Part shown: one piece after another, positions 35,661 to 39,905 of the stretch
Layout: the number at the start of each line of letters is the position of its first letter
Numbering within the stretch: position 1 is the first letter of the stretch
Origin: Nemertoderma westbladi
Lineage: Eukaryota > Animalia > Xenacoelomorpha
Direction: 5' to 3'
Assembly (NCBI GenBank): GCA_032718475.1
Contig: JAUCBJ010005780.1
Coordinates: 1 to 39,905 of the forward strand
DNA: 39,905 nt
Notes under the pieces: generated by a model
Seen by the model: the letters and a program-made list of their open reading frames with translations, nothing else
The model's database searches: none
What the model was told of the DNA's origin: nothing
Translations under genes and position numbers: made by a program

Positions 35661-38600
35661 AGGGGGGGGGGGGGTGTTAGAAAAAGTTTTTATTGTGTAC
35701 AAGCTCATTCTGTGTGAAATTTTTCGCTGATTCAGAATATGTATTACTTTTTGAAATGGGTGCTTGTTTACTATCGGCAACTTTGATTTTAAAAAATGGT
35801 ACCTGACAGGACTTCCGATCATCTGATCCTAATTAAATATGCCGATAAAATAGAGTTTCGATTGGGAAAATGCATGAGTCTTGGGAATACAGTACTGTAG
35901 GGCCTAACATAGGGGTAGGGATGTAGGCTGGTAGGGGTGGTTAATAAACCTGTCAGTTTGATTTCAAATAGGCCTAGACCTATTTGAAAACTCTAAAATA
36001 CTTCAACTTGTATAAATAAATCATAGGCCTATACTGTTTCTAGTATACTGACTGTCCATGTATCTAAGTAATAGATTGTACTTTGAATGTACATACAGTA
36101 TATTCAGACCAGTTGGCCTACATACGACAGTAGACTGAAAAAATCAGAATATAGTAGGGAATTTAGTTTCAGAATATAACAATACAGAATATATAATAAT
36201 ATATACAATAATAAATACAGAATATAATTTGGTTATCTGACGCGCCCATTTTATTTTGAATAGGCCTGGTTCCGGTCCTTTTGTATTATTTATGGTAGGC
36301 CTACTGTACCTTCTGAGTGCTTACAACATATATAATATTTTTGTTATGGATGATGAGGAGACTGCAGAACTCTTAGATTTAGGATTGACAACTACATGTT
36401 CAGAACACATATCACCTTCGACCTCAAAAACATCAGGTGTGACACCTAGAGTTACACGAACGGAAACAGTTCATTTAAAATGCCAGGAGCATCACAGCAC
36501 TGGTAAAACAAATGTGTGGGGTTTGGAAAACAGAAGCTGTAGCAATTGTATTGGTTTTCCATCATCTATTCTTCCAAATGGTAGACTGCCTCTAAAGAAA
36601 GAGGTATTGAGTTTTATTTTCCACATTAAAAGTTTGGAACCTAAGAAACAACCTAACATTATTTCATTTAACAAAGTAGCATTAGCTATAATGCTACACT
36701 GGATATACTGTAATGTGTATACATTTTCTAAGAAATGGGTTGTCAGCAAACTTATTGAGCTGTTTGAAGAACAGGCACAGATTCGAAAGTGGCCTGTCTC
36801 TAAACGTAGTCCAACATATTGGGAGAAATATCACAGTTTTAGACTTTCAATGAATGAACTTTTTGATATCTATTGTACTGATATTTCCCGTCGTAAATCA
36901 CAGGAACTAATATGGGAAGTTAAAATGACAAGTGATGATATAACATTTTACAATAATATGAAGAAGGTTCCTCAGATTGGTTATTGTGGAGAGTTTACTG
37001 ATAGGAAGTGGAAGCTAATGACAGAAAGGAAACAAAAGGATAAGGAAAGACTACTTAAAGCTACTGAAGAACATTGTGCCAAAGATGTTGGAAATATACA
37101 GGAACTTGGAGTGTCTGATAATGAAATATCATCAGAATATACTACTGATGATGATGATGACTATTCTACTGCTGATGATACTTATATGCCATCTAAGAAG
37201 AGACATAAGTTTGAATTCTTAGCAACCCAAGATGATCCCAATGATGACCTACCTATAAGGTACAGACATATTAGGAATGGTCCAAGATCGATAAGACCAG
37301 AATATTACACTTTGATTCATCAATTGAAATCAGATTTACATATGTCACAACGACAGGCAGAAGGATCTGTGGTGGCTGTAGCTAATGAACTGTTTGGTCG
37401 GAGCCGTTTTGGTAAATGGAAGCCCCATGATACTTCAGAACCAACTGATGTAAATACATTACCTGCAGGGTCAAACTTACATTGAGGCAATGGCACTTAG
37501 TGCCATAGTAGAAGAGGTCATGGATGATGCCAATGAAGGAACCATTTTATATTCAAATGATGGGTCCCGTATTAGTGGCCTAGGAAACTTCATTGTTCAG
37601 TCCTTTACCATTAATGGTAAACTTAGAGCCTTGCCAACATTCGCTATATTTTCTGAGAAACGATCATCTTTGGTGGAAATGGAGACAATGACCCTGAGGA
37701 TGCTATCCGCAGCTTGCGGATTTAGGTATTCTGAGAGGGAAATTCTACAGAAGATAAAGTTTGTTATGACTGACAGTACTTCACACAATTTGGGAGTTGT
37801 ACAGAGTGTTTGTGAGAGCTATGATATAAGTGAGGATGACTACCCAAAATCATTGGCTTGTAATATTCATCCTCTGATGATGTTTCAACGAAAAATGGTT
37901 GACATGTACCAGAAACTCCATGATGAGATTGGAAGAGAAAAAATTATGGATTGCTTTCTAGTTGATATCGATTTGAAACATGAATCCTTCTTTGTAAAAG
38001 CTATTAAGTGTTTGTCATGTTTCATAAACAAAGACTATTCCGCGAAACCATGGAACCGTCAAACACATTTTGATGACTTTATCCATCCAAACAAAAATGA
38101 GTCGTTATCTTGGAAAGACAGTCGATTTAATAGACTATTTGATTGCAGCTTGAGTTTACTTCATCATCTTGACGATATTAAAAACTATTTAGATAAGTAT
38201 CAAAATATTATCAATGCTATTTCTATTTTAGATCGCCATTTAGTGATATGGAACTTTTGAAGCCTGTATTTGCAGCAACAGCATTGGTTGGAATACACAT
38301 TACTCGCCCCTTCCAATTTCTTATTCAGGATAAAAAGACAACCTATTCTATTCTATTGGAATCCTTTCCAACACTTTATAAGGAACTGATTTCGTTGCCC
38401 ATAACTGACTTCATTCAGACTGAAGTGCAAGTATTAAAATTCGTATCTGCTGATATGTTTAGAAGTTCCCTACCCAAAGTGTGTCTTATTGATTCCCTAA
38501 ACAGTTGTATTTCAGAATACCCTGGTGAAATTACGAAGCTTCTACGAAATGCCCTTCCTTCTTTAGCTCATGGTTTTGCAGTTCAGAAAGGAAGCTTGTT

Positions 38601-39905
38601 TGGATTTGGTCCTGAGTCTACGGTTTCAACAGATCATCTTCTTAATATTTCACAAGTGTCTGAGCCAGAGTTAGTGTTATTAGACAAGCAACCAGTACAT
38701 AACCTTGGTGAAGAAAGGAGTGTCGGATTCATTGGCTATGAGGTCAACATTTGAGGGAAAAGCAACTTAGAGGCAGCATCTCGCAAGATGATTCTCAATA
38801 AATCAAGTGACCTATTAATAAAAGAACTTCTATCCAGCTTTAGAAAGTTTGTAAAACCATCGAGGGTAATTAAAGAATATAAACTTGAATGGAATAAAAA
38901 GATGAAGGAACATCAAAAAGAAGGATATAGTTAAAAAGAAACCATAAACTTACTTCAAGAAGCCAAGAACTATAATGATCTGGATTTCTTAAAAGCTCAA
39001 AAACTTCCTGGTCCCATAACATCAAAGGAAGAGATTGAAGAGTTGGTTAATTCATCGTCATCCTTAGAGAGCAATGACAAAGAGGTAAACCATCATTTAT
39101 ATATTGAAATTCGATATGCAAGAAATACTTCGGTCTCACGAAATCCAACTGCAGCTGTATTTCGACTAAAGAGGAATGGACGAAATCTTACGACTGAAGA
39201 ATATAAGCGAAACATTTTAACATATTTAAACAAGTCTAGAAGTCAAACATCTCTTTCAATAGCTGATCTAAATAAAGTCTTAATACAACTAGTTGGAACT
39301 GATCTGCCTTCATTGGCATCGGAAACTATTTCGGAGGAAACGTCAAAAGACGATGATCCTGAATTCGCAGAAAACATAAAATATAATACTGGAGAGCATG
39401 TAGCAGCCTTCTGGGTAGATACTGGAAATAGAGTTCAATGGTATTTAGGAGTTGTTGAGGGAGTGTTTGAGTTATCCTTGAGTGTTTCGTACTTTGTTCG
39501 TAACGATAAAGAAGGTTTTGTTTGGCTCTTTCCCGAAGAGAAAGATACCCATGTAACCTTAACTGAACAAATTTTACAGAGGAACATTGATGTATGTTAT
39601 AGTAGTCAAGGTAGAATCAAGTGTAATGTATTGAACCAATCTGTTGTAGATGCTTTAAATAGATTCACAAAGCAGAAATAAAGTTAGAGTTTGGTCATAA
39701 TGTAATAAATAATGGATCTCTATTAATACCAGTGTTTTTGTAGTTAAAGGGTGTAAGACTCTAGTGTTTACCTTAAAGTTAATATATACATCACAACCCC
39801 CTGTTAGTCAGTATGTCGGTACATTCAATTATCACATATGAATATCCCAAATTTTTACTGGGATAGAGCAGAACTCCGGCATCACTGCATGTTGTTAAAT
39901 CTTAT
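35661..39905 (+). mobile_element. hAT-superfamily DNA transposon (hATm/hATx-like); right end lies outside the window
   Basis: Abrupt switch from BEL pol to GGGTGTTAGAAAAAG...TTTTCGCTGATTCAGAATATG, then an AT-rich leader and the transposase. Confidence 0.7.
36346..39681 (+). pseudogene. Disrupted hAT-like DDE transposase (~1100 codons)
   Basis: N-terminal 'RLPLKKEVL...HW...ELFDI'; catalytic SNDGS and MTDSTSHN; CxxH (CNIH); HNLGEERSVG. Frameshifts near 37487 and 38250. In-frame stops at 38752 and ~38932 lie within one frame spanning 38248..39681. AATAAA overlaps and follows the stop. Confidence 0.8.

Overview
This is repeat-dense eukaryotic genomic DNA, probably from an invertebrate animal, and not a prokaryotic locus. 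In order it holds: a frameshifted DEDD/WRN-like 3'-5' exonuclease ORF running off the left edge; a ~2.5 kb foldback palindrome; a ~5.8 kb 68-bp satellite; a 5'-truncated BEL/Pao LTR retrotransposon with a long structured 3' region and 3' LTR; and an RTE-like LINE fragment. Next come a 130-bp tRNA-like element with a minimal hammerhead ribozyme core between its A and B boxes, DIRS-like fragments, and a foldback MITE built from 43-bp repeats. A head-to-head pair of paralogous small secreted Cys/Trp-rich protein genes follows; these are the only clearly intact host-like genes, and one predicted intron holds a Helentron-like insert. The window ends with a second decayed BEL element inserted in a LINE fragment and a disrupted hAT-superfamily transposase element inserted into that BEL copy. 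The most unusual items are the tRNA/hammerhead hybrid and the divergent secreted-gene pair. All calls come from reading by eye; no database searches or folding programs were run.
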